DNA of 64,000 bases. Source: Carcharhinus amblyrhynchos (taxonomy: Eukaryota). The translations under genes and the position numbers were made by a program. The number at the start of each line of letters is the position of its first letter. Within the stretch, counting starts at the first letter, position 1. The stretch spans positions 116,746,001-116,810,000 of the forward strand of contig OZ336870.1 in NCBI GenBank assembly GCA_965287045.1, written 5' to 3'. The notes beneath the pieces are model-generated. The model saw nothing but the letters and a program-made list of their open reading frames with translations. It did no database searches and had not been told where the DNA came from. Below, one piece after another: positions 36,496 through 47,920 of the stretch.

Positions 36496-37594
36496 ATTCA
36501 ATGGAGTACATTTTAAACTGTCATCACTGTTATACTATAGGTAATGTGACAGCCAATTTCTGCACAAGTTCCCACAAGCAATGCGATAATCACCATATAA
36601 TGAGACAATGAGAGATAAAATTCTGCCAGGTCATTGGGTATTATACTTCTGCTCTTCTTCAAAATAGTGCCATGGGATCTTTTATGTCCATGAGAGGCGA
36701 GAAGGAGCACCTCAGTTTAACATCTTATCCAAAAAATACCAAACTTCTGAAAGCACAGCACTCCCCCAGGACTAAACTAAAAGCAAAATACTACAGATGC
36801 TGGAAATCTGAAATGAAAACACAAAATGCTAGAAAGACTTAGGAGGTTTGGCAGCATCAGTGGGGCGAGACATAGAACTCTGATGAAGAGTAATACAGAC
36901 TCCAAACACTAAGACTTGAAACGTTAACTTTGTTTCTCTCCCCATAGTTGCTGCCAGGCCTGCTGAGCCTAACCAACATTTTCTCTTTTTACTCTCCCAG
37001 TACCCTTTGCAGAGCCAGTCTTGATTTTTGTACCTGGGGTGAAATGGAACCACAAGTTTTTGACTCTGGCAAGCATTCTACCAACTCACCACAGCTTGCT
37101 TATGTTAAAATAAAGTAGTTTCTACACATTTAGAGTGCTAACATCAGCTGAAGAAGCATGCATCTTTGGCCCCCATCTATTTCTCATCTACATGCTACCC
37201 TCAGCAACATCATCTGAAGGCACAGTGTTAGTTTTCATTTACACTGAGACACATCCAGGTCTCACAGCTCCTCCACTGTTGTAAATTATCAGACTGCTTA
37301 TCTGACATCTAGTACAAGCTGAGCAGAAATGTTTTCTGACTAAATATTGAGGAGACTGAAGTCATTGTTTTCCAGCCCCTCTACATACCCTTGCTACTGA
37401 CTCCATCCCTCCCCCTGTCCGAGACTAAACCAGCCTGTTCACAGTCTTGATATCACATTTGGCTCCAAGATAACTTCCCAATCTCACACACATGCCACCC
37501 CAAAGACCACTTTCACTCCTGCCTCAGCTCAGCTGCTGCCAAAACGTTCACTAATTCCTCACTAGCCTCGACTACTCCAGACCACTCTGTTTGG

Positions 37595-39042
37595 TGTAAA
37601 GAACTAGAGTTTTAAGTAATTTTTGGGTATGTTTAATTTATATATCTCTCTATTTAGGTGTTGAGAAGTGAGGGTGGAAGAGAAGCTGAGTTTTGGTTTC
37701 ACCTCAAGAGTTGGTTGCACGTCCATGGGTTTGTTAACGTACCTGCATTGGGGGGTGGGGGGAGCTGCTGCTGCCAACAGGGGATCCGCAGGGACAGGGA
37801 AACAGAAAGCGTTTTACTTAATTTGAAAGAAGGTGCCAGGAGAGCACAGAAAGCAAACTTCCCAAAAGAGGAGAATATCCACGCACTCCAGACATACTCA
37901 CTTCCACCTTCTTCCATTAGGAAAAAGATATAAAAGTCTGAGATCATATACCAACTGACTCCAGATCAGTTTCTTCCCTGCTGCCATTGAACGGATGTAC
38001 CTAGCACTAAATGGATCTTTCTCTACACCGAGCTATAACTGTAACATTACATTCTGCACGCTCTTCTTTCCTACTCTATGAATGCTTCACTTGTGTATTG
38101 TACAAGAAACAATACTTTTCACTGTAAACTAATACATGTGGTAAATATAAATTAAATCAAATTTTCCCAGAAACAGCAATTGGGTGAAAAAAAGCCCCAG
38201 AAAGATACTTGAGTCAAGGAACAAGGACAGGAGTCTGAACAAGGTTCTGTTCAATGAAGTTAAAGTGAGGAGCAGAAGAAAAGACTGCAAATTAAAGAGA
38301 GAAAGATGTAAGAAACAGAATCAAGCTAAAGTGGGCTTGTGAAAAGCCAGACGATCCAAGGATACAGTCAAGGGTGTTTGTGAAACAGCGGTGTTCCATT
38401 GGCACAGCTGAGCATTTGGGAAAATGCGTGGAAAGAAAGCTTGAGTGCAAACAGCACTCCAGAGAAGAGGAATACCAGGAGGAGAGATCAAAGATCCAGC
38501 TTGAACTGGATTCTTGTGGAAAACATCCTAGAGAAAGTGTGCTAGGGACAAAATTCCAAAGCAAGTTCTTTGAGCATTGAGATTGGAAACCTCCCAGACA
38601 AAGATGGAATTCTGTGAAACCACTTGGGTCATGGTGTGACAAGCACCTTTGGGAGAGGGGGAAAGGGAACACTGATGAAAGATCCATAAAACTTGCACTG
38701 AGGCAGCATCTGTCGCTTGGTTTCAGAGTATGGTGTCTAACCATAGGTCACCTATTAGTTTACATTAGACCATAAGCTAAATTTAGTAACTTGTGTTATC
38801 CTTTTGAATCTGTACACATCTGTAAAAGGTATACATGTAGGGGAAGAGTAAGGGTAATATAGTTTAGCATTTCTTGTTCAAATAAATGTTTATTCTCTAG
38901 TTAAGAGACCAGCAGACTCCTGCAACTGTTCCGTAGGCACCCTCCACATTTGTAAACATATTTGTAAAGTTAGGATCTACCAGATCAGGTTCCACCCTGG
39001 AATCTGACTTGCCCAGTAGTATTATCAGCTGTGATCATAACA
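37595..39042 (+). mobile_element. Probable solo LTR inserted into an old L2 fragment (37170-39480)
   Basis: Begins TGTAA, ends ATAACA, AATAAA at 38881. L2-like sequence resumes on both sides; TSD degenerate. Confidence 0.5.
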
Positions 39043-39699
39043 CTAGTCTCCCACATTCTACCCCCTGTAAACTTGAGGTCATCCAAATCTCTGCTGCTCA
39101 TCTTTACACACAAGTCTTGTTCTCCTGTTGCCACCCCTATGCTCACTGACTATACTGATTCCCAGTAAAGATGTAGCTTGACTTTAAAATTCTGATTCCT
39201 GCTTTCAAACCCCTCCAAGGCCTCACTCCTTCCCATCTCTATAATCTTCTACAGCTCTACAACCCTCGGCACCCTAATTCAGCCTCTTGAACATCCCCAA
39301 TTTTAAATTCTCCACCCTTGGTGGTTGTTCCCTTTGGTTGCCTAGACCTCAAATTCTGGAATACCATCCTTGTACCTCTCCACCTCACTTCTGACCTAAT
39401 ATCTCACGTGACTCGGTGTCATACCTTGTTCTATGTTGAAGCACCTCAGGATATTTCACTGTGTTGAAGAACTACATGAACAAAAATATTAGCAACAAAA
39501 GGTGCTGCAAAAAAATCAGCAGGTCTGGCAGCATCCGTGAAGAGGAACAGAGTTACTGTTTTGAATCTATAACTCTTCATCAGAGCCTAGATCTTCAGCA
39601 TCTACAGTATTTTGCTTTTACAGAAATACAAGTGTTTAGTATTTAGCAATACTCGGGAGAGGTGGGGGCCAGCTGAATTGGTTTTCCTAAAGCATTGCT

Positions 39700-40380
39700 G
39701 ACATTCCAGGATTGGGGTAGCACTAGGGCAATTATTTGAACAAGTTGAGTGAGTGAACAAATACACGACAGATGCAGTATAATGTGGATAAATGTCAGAA
39801 TATTCATTTCAGTGGCAAAAACAGGATGGCAGATTATTACCTGAATGTGCAAAGCGATCTGGGTGTCCTTGTGTACCAGTCGCTGAAAGTAAGCACTTAG
39901 GTGAAGGCAGCAAATGGTATGTTGGCCTTCATAGCGAGAGATTCAAGTACAGGAACAGCAATGTCAGCTGCATTTACACAGGGCCTTGGTGAGGCCACAC
40001 CCGGAATAGTGTACAGTTTTGGTCTCCGTAGTTGAGGAAGGACTTTCTTGCTATGCTGTGAATGCAGCAAAGGTTTGCCAGATTGATAACTAGGATGGCA
40101 GGACTGACATACAAGGAGAGAATAAGTCAAGATTAAATTATATTTGCTGGAGTTTAGAACAGTGAGGGGGATCTAATAGAAATCTATAAAATTCTAGTAG
40201 GACTTCAGAGTACATGCAAAAAAGGGTGTTCCCGATGACAAGGGAATCCAGAACCAGGGGATCATTCATGGACTTAGATGAGGGAAATTTCTTCATCCAG
40301 AGTGTGGTGAGCCTGTGGAACACTACCACAAAAAGCAGTTGAGGCCAAAATATTATATGTTTTCAAGAAGGAGTTAGTTA
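39700..40380 (+). mobile_element. Old CR1 3' fragment
   Basis: Decayed CR1 RT C-terminal motifs. Confidence 0.7.
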
Positions 40381-42066
40381 GTTCTGAGGTGTCTGGGGTA
40401 ACTTGATTAGGCATTCCTTTAATGTCGAGGGGGTTAGCAGGATAAATACGTGAAATTATGGGAATAGGGCCTGGGTAAAGATTGTTGTCGATGCAAGTTC
40501 GATGGGTTGAATGGCATCTTTCTGAACTACAGGGATCCTATGATATATTGCTTGAGGCAAAGGAGATCAAAGGATATAGGAAGAAAGTAGGAAAGGTTAT
40601 TGTGTTCACTGATCATAATGAATTGTGGGAGTGAGGAGGCAGTCTGGGATTTGGAAGAACTGAGGGAATAAAATATGAATATTTGGTGTCTTTCAGCAGA
40701 GAGAGAAATGTGGGGCATGAGCCTGGCAGCACCATCCTGACCTGGGGATATATGGCCATTACTTCAGTCAGGCATCCAGGCACTCCCTTCCAAACAGCAT
40801 TGTGGGTATATCTACACCACAGACTGCAGCAAGGAGACAGCACATTACAACCTTCTTGAGCAACTAGGGGTGAGCAATAAAAGCTGCCCAGCCAACAGTG
40901 CTCACATCCCATGAACAAACACAAAGAAAAATAACATGGGCATGGATGAGGGTTTCATTGCACCCAGGCATGAGCAGGGATCAGTATTATAGAGGTGGAA
41001 GTGGGCAGTTTTGACATTGCAGAGGATATGGGTTTGAAGCTCAATGATTGATGTAATAGTCTGGTTCTGCCTCATACATTTGCAAGCTGGGATGGAGTAA
41101 ATGGTTGGAGAACAGCACTTGGGGCAGGTGTTGAAAACAATAGTCCTCCCCCAAAAATAATTAACCTGAGGGCATGTCTGGTCATCTAATACCATATGTC
41201 AAGAAACAAACTGACTCAACAGAGGCAGTGGACAATTAGTCTGCCAAACAAATGCTGCTGTTATACCACATGTACATGTTATTTGAAAAATCAGCAACAC
41301 TAATCTAAAGATATGCCTCAAACCTTTTCAGTGTTCACAAAGGTCCAAGTCCAGGTGTCATATACAAACTAAAATATGATATACAAGATAGATCCTTCAT
41401 CTTTCATACAAATTTCTTTGGTTACAAAACAGGCAAGAAAAGTTTCAGAGTACTGTTCCTTCATCAGGTGAGATTCCAGCTGACAAAGGGGCAGCACTCC
41501 AAACGCTCGTGGCTTTTGCTACCAAATAAACCTTTGGACTTTAACCTGGTGTTGTGAGACTTCTTACTGTGTTTACCCCAGTCCAACATTGGCACCTTCA
41601 CATGATAAACACCATGAGAGGCAGAGCTCTGAAACAACCACCATAAGGTTCACAGTTAGAACACAGAAAAGGCCCTTCAGCCCATCGAGCTGATAATAGC
41701 TTGTGGGAATTTTTGTGTAACTACCTGGGCAATCTTACAACCTGAACAGGGGAAATTAGAGCTTTACCTTTCCATTCCAGAAACTGGTTCACAAACCATT
41801 CAAAATGCGGGAATTCGCTGCTCTTTAGTGAAGGGTAGAACCAGAGGCCTCTCAGATACCAAAGACAGTGGACACTGGGCCCGTTATTGCTCAGAACCCG
41901 TTGCTGGGGAGGGGGTTAGGATAGCCCCATCGGGCCGACAGGCCGCCCTCCAAACAGGGACAAACAGGAGCTGCTGAGTGACGGGGCGGAGAAGAATGGG
42001 CCTCAGGCCCGGCGCCCTGCTCACCATGGGCCCTAGTAAAGGGCACGGCCGCTCTCCCTCTCTTAC

Positions 42067-42132
42067 CTGCTGGGCTAAGAGCTCCCGGCGCAGCTTCTGC
42101 CGCTCTCTGATTTCCTGTAAACGGCTATCCAT
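42067..42132 (-). CDS. METTL14: METTL14 coding exon 1 (66 nt, MDSRLQEIRERQKLRRELLAQQ)
   Basis: Translation matches the known vertebrate METTL14 N-terminus. ATG at 42130-42132, donor CAG|GTAAGA, CpG-rich context. Confidence 0.97.
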
Positions 42133-42420
42133 CCTCAACCGTCTCTGCCGCCGGAACTGACCCTTCACCCCCGCGCGCACAGCGCGCTGCCTCACTTCCG
42201 GCCAAGCGGGAGGCGCGGCTGAAAGGGCGGGGCCAATGCTGATGACATTGTAAGGGGCGGGGAATTGGGCGAGGGCGGGGAGGGGCGGGGCAAATGGAGA
42301 TGACATTAAATAGGGCGGGGCCTTGGGCGGGGAGGGGGCGGGGACAGTGGGGATGACACTGAATGGGGCGGGGCCGGTGGTGAAAACATTGCAGGGGGCG
42401 GAGCCGGTCTCAGCACCTTC
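42133..42420 (-). promoter_or_regulatory. METTL14 5' UTR and CpG-island, TATA-less promoter: about nine Sp/KLF GC boxes, an ETS/GABP site and a CCAAT
   Basis: Repeated GGGCGGG at 42225-42400, CCGGAAGTG (minus strand) at 42193-42201, CCAAT at 42233-42237, directly upstream of the ATG. Confidence 0.85.
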
Positions 42421-42610
42421 ACTCTTGTGTGTTTGTTGATGGAATCGTCTTTCCCCAGTGTGAACTCTCATCTGTGTGGATCTTCACTGGAAAGTAGCTG
42501 CAGGCATCCTAACGGAATGAAAGTAAAATACTGCGGATTCACGAATCTGAAACAGAACAGAAAATGCTGGAAAATCTCAGCAGGTCTGACAGCATCTGTG
42601 GAGACAGAAT

Positions 42611-42653
42611 AGAGCCAACGTTTCAAGTCTGGATGCCCCTTCGTCAGAGCTCT
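42611..42653 (-). ncRNA. Minimal type I hammerhead ribozyme motif at the end of a Penelope-derived short element (about 42520-42655)
   Basis: Minus strand reads AGAGCU-CUGACGA-AGG[GGCAUCCAGA]CUU-GAAA-CGUU-GGCUCU: intact core boxes, stem I, short stem II and palindromic stem III. Confidence 0.65.
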
Positions 42654-43930
42654 GATTATGAGTGAAACTCAGTTTTGCTCCCCCCAACTGGAAATTGACA
42701 ATTTCAATAGCACAATTTTGAAAATGTAGCTGGGCCCAGAGAACTTGATTTTCACATTCACAAATCATTAAATGTGTAGGGAAAGTTGTTAAGGTGGATA
42801 TAGCTATATTTAGGTTTACAGCTGAAGGCTCTTCTGCTTCAGGAACCATGCTGTAATATAGGGTGCTGTTCACCATGGACCTTCACGTTAATCTTGGTCT
42901 AGAGGTGTATGTTGTCTTCCTTGATGATACATTCATCCAGTTGGCAAAGCTCCTTAGAAAGATCACTCTTTGCCTACTTCAATCTTTTACCATCAATCTT
43001 TCCCATCAGCATCAAACTTACTGTGCTGTAATTTCTTACGATTCCATTACCACATTGCATTTAAGAGTCTGTTGCTTTAGCACATACCACTGTGCATAAT
43101 TTTATCTACCTTATATCTCAAATAAGTCAGGATTCATTCTATGAATTCTTAAATAGGTCCCAGTGCAACATAAATGTTAGGAGTAAGGCAACAGGAGAAT
43201 CAAGAGTTTGGATAATAATGTGAGGGGTATGCATGATGTGAGATGCCCTCTAGCTGTCTTTCGTCCACTCTGTAAGTGAATAACTGCCATCATGAAGATG
43301 CTGCTGATGGGAGTAAAGGATAGAATGCATGGGCTGTCAGTCTACATTTTCAATATATGCAGCAATGAATCACAAATCTGAATAAAAATATATTTGTATT
43401 ATTCTATGTTCTGACAAAAGATGCACTGATTCACAAGAAACTAGATCCACGGGAACAACATGATATCAGTCAAATGACTACCACAAACCAATGATGTGAG
43501 AATTGTAATAAAAGAAAGTAGCTATGTTTGCTCTTGGGTTCACTCTGGATACAATTTCCTAACTATTAAGGACATAAGAACTCGGAGCAGGAGTAGGCCA
43601 TTTGGCCCCTCAAGCCTGCTCTGCCATTCAATAAGATCATGGCTGATCTTTTTGTGGACTCAGCTCCACTTATCCGCCCGCTCACCATAACCATTAATTC
43701 CTTTGCTGTTCAAAAAGTTATTCCTGTCTTAAAAACATTCAATGAGGTAAACTCACCTGCTTCACTGGGCAATAAATTCCACAGATTCACAACCCTTTGT
43801 GTGAAGAAGTTCCTCCTAAACTCAGTCCTAAATATGCTCCCTCTGGTTCTAGTTTCATCTGCCAGTAGAAACAATTTCCCTGCTTCTATCTTATCTATTC
43901 CCTTCATAATCTTATGTGTTTCTATAAGAT

Positions 43931-44607
43931 CATAAGAACATAAGAAACATAAGAACATAAGAAATAGGAGCAGGAGTAGGCCGTCTGGCCCTTCGAGCCT
44001 GCCCCGCCATTCAATAAGATCATGGCTGATCTGTCGTGGCTCAGTTCCACATTCCCACCCTCTCCCCATAACCCTTAATCCCCTCTCTTATCAAAAACCC
44101 ATCAACCCGCGTCTTAAAAATATTTAGCGAGGTAGCCTCCACCACTTCAACGGGCAGAGAATTCCAGAGATTCACCACCCTTTGAGTGAAGAAGTTCTTC
44201 CTCAACTCCGTTCTAAACCGCCCCCCCTTTATCTTGAGGCTGTGCCCCCTAGTCCTACTGTCCTTTCTGAGCGGGAAGAGTCTCTCCACCTCTATCCTAT
44301 CCATCCCATTCATCATCTTATATGTCTCAATGAGATCTCCCCTCCTTCTTCTAAACTCTAATGAGTATAAGCCTAGCTTATTCTGCCTCTCCTCATAGCT
44401 CAACCCCCTCAACTCCGGCATCAGCCTAGTAAACCTCCTCTGCACTCCCTCCAAGGCCAAAATATCCTTGCGTAAGTACGGCGCCCAAAACTGCATACAG
44501 TACTCCAGCTGCGGCCTCACCAATGCCCTATATAGCCGCAGCAAGACCTCCCTACTTTTATATTCAATCCCCCTCGCTATGAAGGCCAGCATCCCATTCG
44601 CCTTCCT
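43931..44607 (-). mobile_element. Young CR1 3' fragment nested in the older CR1
   Basis: Near-identical to the 10067 copy; (CATAAGAA)n tail. Confidence 0.92.
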
Positions 44608-45112
44608 GTCTCCCCTCATTTTTCTGAATTTCAATGAGCATAGCCTCTGACTACTCAATCTCTCCTCATAAGCGTACCCTCTGAACTCCAGAATCAACCT
44701 AGTGAATCTCCTCTGTACCTCCTCCAGTGCCAGTATATCCTTTCTCAAGTAAGGAGACCAAAACTGTACACAGCTCTCCAAGTATGGCCTCACCAGCACC
44801 TTGTACAACTACAACATAACCTCGCTGTTTTTAAACTCCATCCCTCTAGCAATGAAGGACAAAATTCCATTTGCCTTGTTAATTACCTGTTGCACCTGCG
44901 AACCAACATTTTGTGATTCATGCACAAAGACACCCAGGTCCCTCTGCACAGCAGCATTTAAATAATAATCCATTTTGCTGTTATCCCTACCAAAGTGGAT
45001 GACCTCACATTTACCAATATTGTACTCCATCTACCAGACTGTTGCCTGCTCCACACCCCTTTGCAGATATTCAATGTCCTCTGCACACTTTGCTCTGTCA
45101 CTCATCTTAGTG

Positions 45113-46808
45113 GTGTTAGCGATGGAAAGGTGGTAGGACTGGAGGGTCTTAATGACATTACTGTTACTAGAGAGGCGGTGCTCGACAGACTGGAGGGGCT
45201 GATTGTGGACAAGTCCCCAGGACTGGATGGAATGCATCCGAGGGTTCTGAAAGAAATGGCGGAGGTGATAGTGGATGCCTTGGTGGTTATTTTCCAAACG
45301 TCGCTGGATTCCGGGGAAGTGCCGGATGATTGGAAAACGGCTAATGTTACGCCGTTGTTTAAGAAGGGTGCCAGGCAAAAGGCGGGGAATTATAGGCCGG
45401 TTAGTTTAACGTCTGTGGTAGGTAAAATGTTAGAATCTGTCATTAAGGAGGAAATTGCGAGGCATCTTGAAGGGAATTGCTTGATAGAGCAGACGCAGCA
45501 CGGTTTCATTAAAGGGAAGTCGTGTCTGACAAATTTACTGGAGTTCTATGAGGATGTGTCTAGGGCGGTGGATAGAGGAGAGCCGGTGGATGTGGTCTTT
45601 CTAGATTTTCAGAAGGCGTTTGACAAAGTACCTCACAAGAGGTTATTGCAGAAGGTCGAGGGACATGGAGTTGGGGGTAGGGTGTAGCATGGATAGAGGA
45701 TTGGTTGTCAAATAGGAGGCAGAGAGTGGGGGTCAATGGGTGCTATTCGGATTGGCGGATGGTGACTAGTGGAGTGCCCCAGGGGTCGGTGCTGGGGCCT
45801 CAGCTTTTTACCATTTATATAGATGATCTGGAGGAGGGAACCGAGTGTAGGGTGTCGAAATTTGCTGATGACACCAAGATTGGGGGAACGGCAAATTGTG
45901 CGGAGGGTGTGGAGAGTCTGTAGAAGGATCTAGATAGGCTGGGCGAATGGGCCAGGAAATAGCAAATGGAATTTAATGTTGGCAAGTGTGAGGTGGTCCA
46001 CTTTGGTAGGAAGAATGGTAGGAAGGACTATTACTTACAGGGCGAAAAACTGCGGCAGGCGACGGTGCAGAGGGACCTCGGGGTCCTTGTGCATGAGTCG
46101 CAAAAACCCAGCTTGCAGGTGCAGCAGGTGGTCAGGAAGGAGAATGGGCTGCTGGCCTTCATAGCGAGGGGGATTGAATATAAAAGTAGGGAGATCTTGC
46201 TGCAGCTGTATAGGGCATTGGTGAGGCCGCAGCTGGAGTACTGTGTGCAGTTTTGGGCGCCGCACCTGCGCAAAGATATTTTGGCCTTGGAGGGAGTACA
46301 GAGGAGGTTTACTAGGCTGATACCGGAGTTGAAGGGGTTGAGCTATGAGGAGAGGCTGAATAAACTGGGCTTGTACTCGTTAGAGTTTAGAAGAATGAGG
46401 GGAGATCTCATTGAGACGTATAAGATGATGAATGGGATGGATAGGATAGAGGTGGAGAGACTCTTCCCGCTTAAAAAAGACAGTAGGACTAGGGGGCACA
46501 GCCTCAAGATAAAGGGGGGGGCGGTTTAGAACGGAGTTGAGGAGGAACTTCTTCACTCAAAGGATGGTGAATCTCTGGAATTCTCTGCCCGTTGAAGTGG
46601 TGGAGGCTGCCTCGCTAAATATTTTTAAGATGCGGGTTGATGGGTTTTTGATAAGAGAGGGGATTAAGGGTTATGGGGAGAAAGCGGGAAAGTGGAACTG
46701 AGCAGCGACAGATCAGCCATGATCTTATTGAATGGCGGGGCAGGCTCGAAGGGCTAGTTGGCCTACTCCTGCTCCTATTTCTTATGTTCTTATGTTCTTA
46801 TGTTCTTA
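45113..46808 (+). mobile_element. Young CR1, longest copy here, with a few stops and frameshifts
   Basis: ORFs 44995-45687, 45705-45923 and 45966-46529; (TTCTTATG)n tail. Confidence 0.95.
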
Positions 46809-47400
46809 TCTGTGAATTTTGACACACTGCACTTAGTTCCCAACTCCAAATCATCAATGTAGATCGTAAACAATTGCGGTCCCAACACTGATCCCTGAGG
46901 CACACCACTAGTCACTGATTACTAGCCAGAAAAAAACACCCATTTACCCCCAATTTTTGCTTTTTGTTGATTAACCAATCCCCCCATCCATATTAATACA
47001 TTACCCATAGTACCATGCACCTTTATCTTATGCAGCAGTCTTTGATGTGGCACCTTGCCCAAATGCTTTCTGGAAATCCAGATACACCACATCCATAGGT
47101 TCCCCATTTTCCACTGCACATGTAGTGTTCTCAAAGAATTCCACCAAATTAGTCAAACATGACCTGCTTTGATGAACCCATGCTGTCTTTTCCCGATGAG
47201 ACATTTTATATCCTGATGTCTCGCTACTTCTTCCTTGAGCATTTTTCCTGCTACAGAAGTTAAACTAACCAGCCTATAGTTACCTGCCTTTTGTCTACCT
47301 CCTTTTTTAAACAGTGGCATCACATTTGCTATTTCCCCCGCCATTGCTCTTAGTATTCTGGGATGCATTCCATCAGGGCCAGCAGAGTTATCTACCTTTA

Positions 47401-47920
47401 GGCCTTGGAGGGAGTGCAGAGGAGGTTTACTAGGCTGATGCCGGAGTTGAGGGGGTTGAGCTATGAGGAGAGGCTGAATAAACTAGGCTTGTACTTGTTA
47501 GAGTTTAGAAGAAGGAGGGGAGATCTCATTGAGACGTATAAGATGATGAATGGGATGGATAGGATAGAGGTGGAGAGACTCTTCCCGCTCAGAAAGGACA
47601 GTAGGACTAGGGGGCACAGCCTCAAGATAAAGGGGGGGCGGTTTAGAACGGAGTTGAGGAAGAACTTCTTCACTCAAAGGGTGGTGAATCTCTGGAATTC
47701 TCTGCCCGTTGAAGTGGTGGAGGCTACCTCGCTAAATATTTTTAAGACGCGGGTTGATGGGTTTTTGATAAGCGACGGGATTAAGGGTTATGGGGAGAGG
47801 GTGGGAATGTGGAACTGAGCAACGACAGATCAGCCATGATCTTATTGAATGGCGGGGCAGGCTCGAAGGGCCAGATGGCCTACTCCTGCTCCTATTTCTT
47901 ATGTTCTTATGTTCTTATGT
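47401..47920 (+). mobile_element. Young CR1 3' fragment nested in the older CR1
   Basis: ORF 47405-47818; same tail. Confidence 0.92.

Noticed and set aside
41884-42471. 195-aa proline-rich ORF as a protein
   Set aside because: It is the GC-rich promoter and 5' UTR plus exon 1 plus the start of intron 1. GC-rich DNA lacks stop codons by composition.
44041-44808. 255-aa ORF with an internal duplication
   Set aside because: Chance in-frame fusion of an old CR1 and a nested young CR1.
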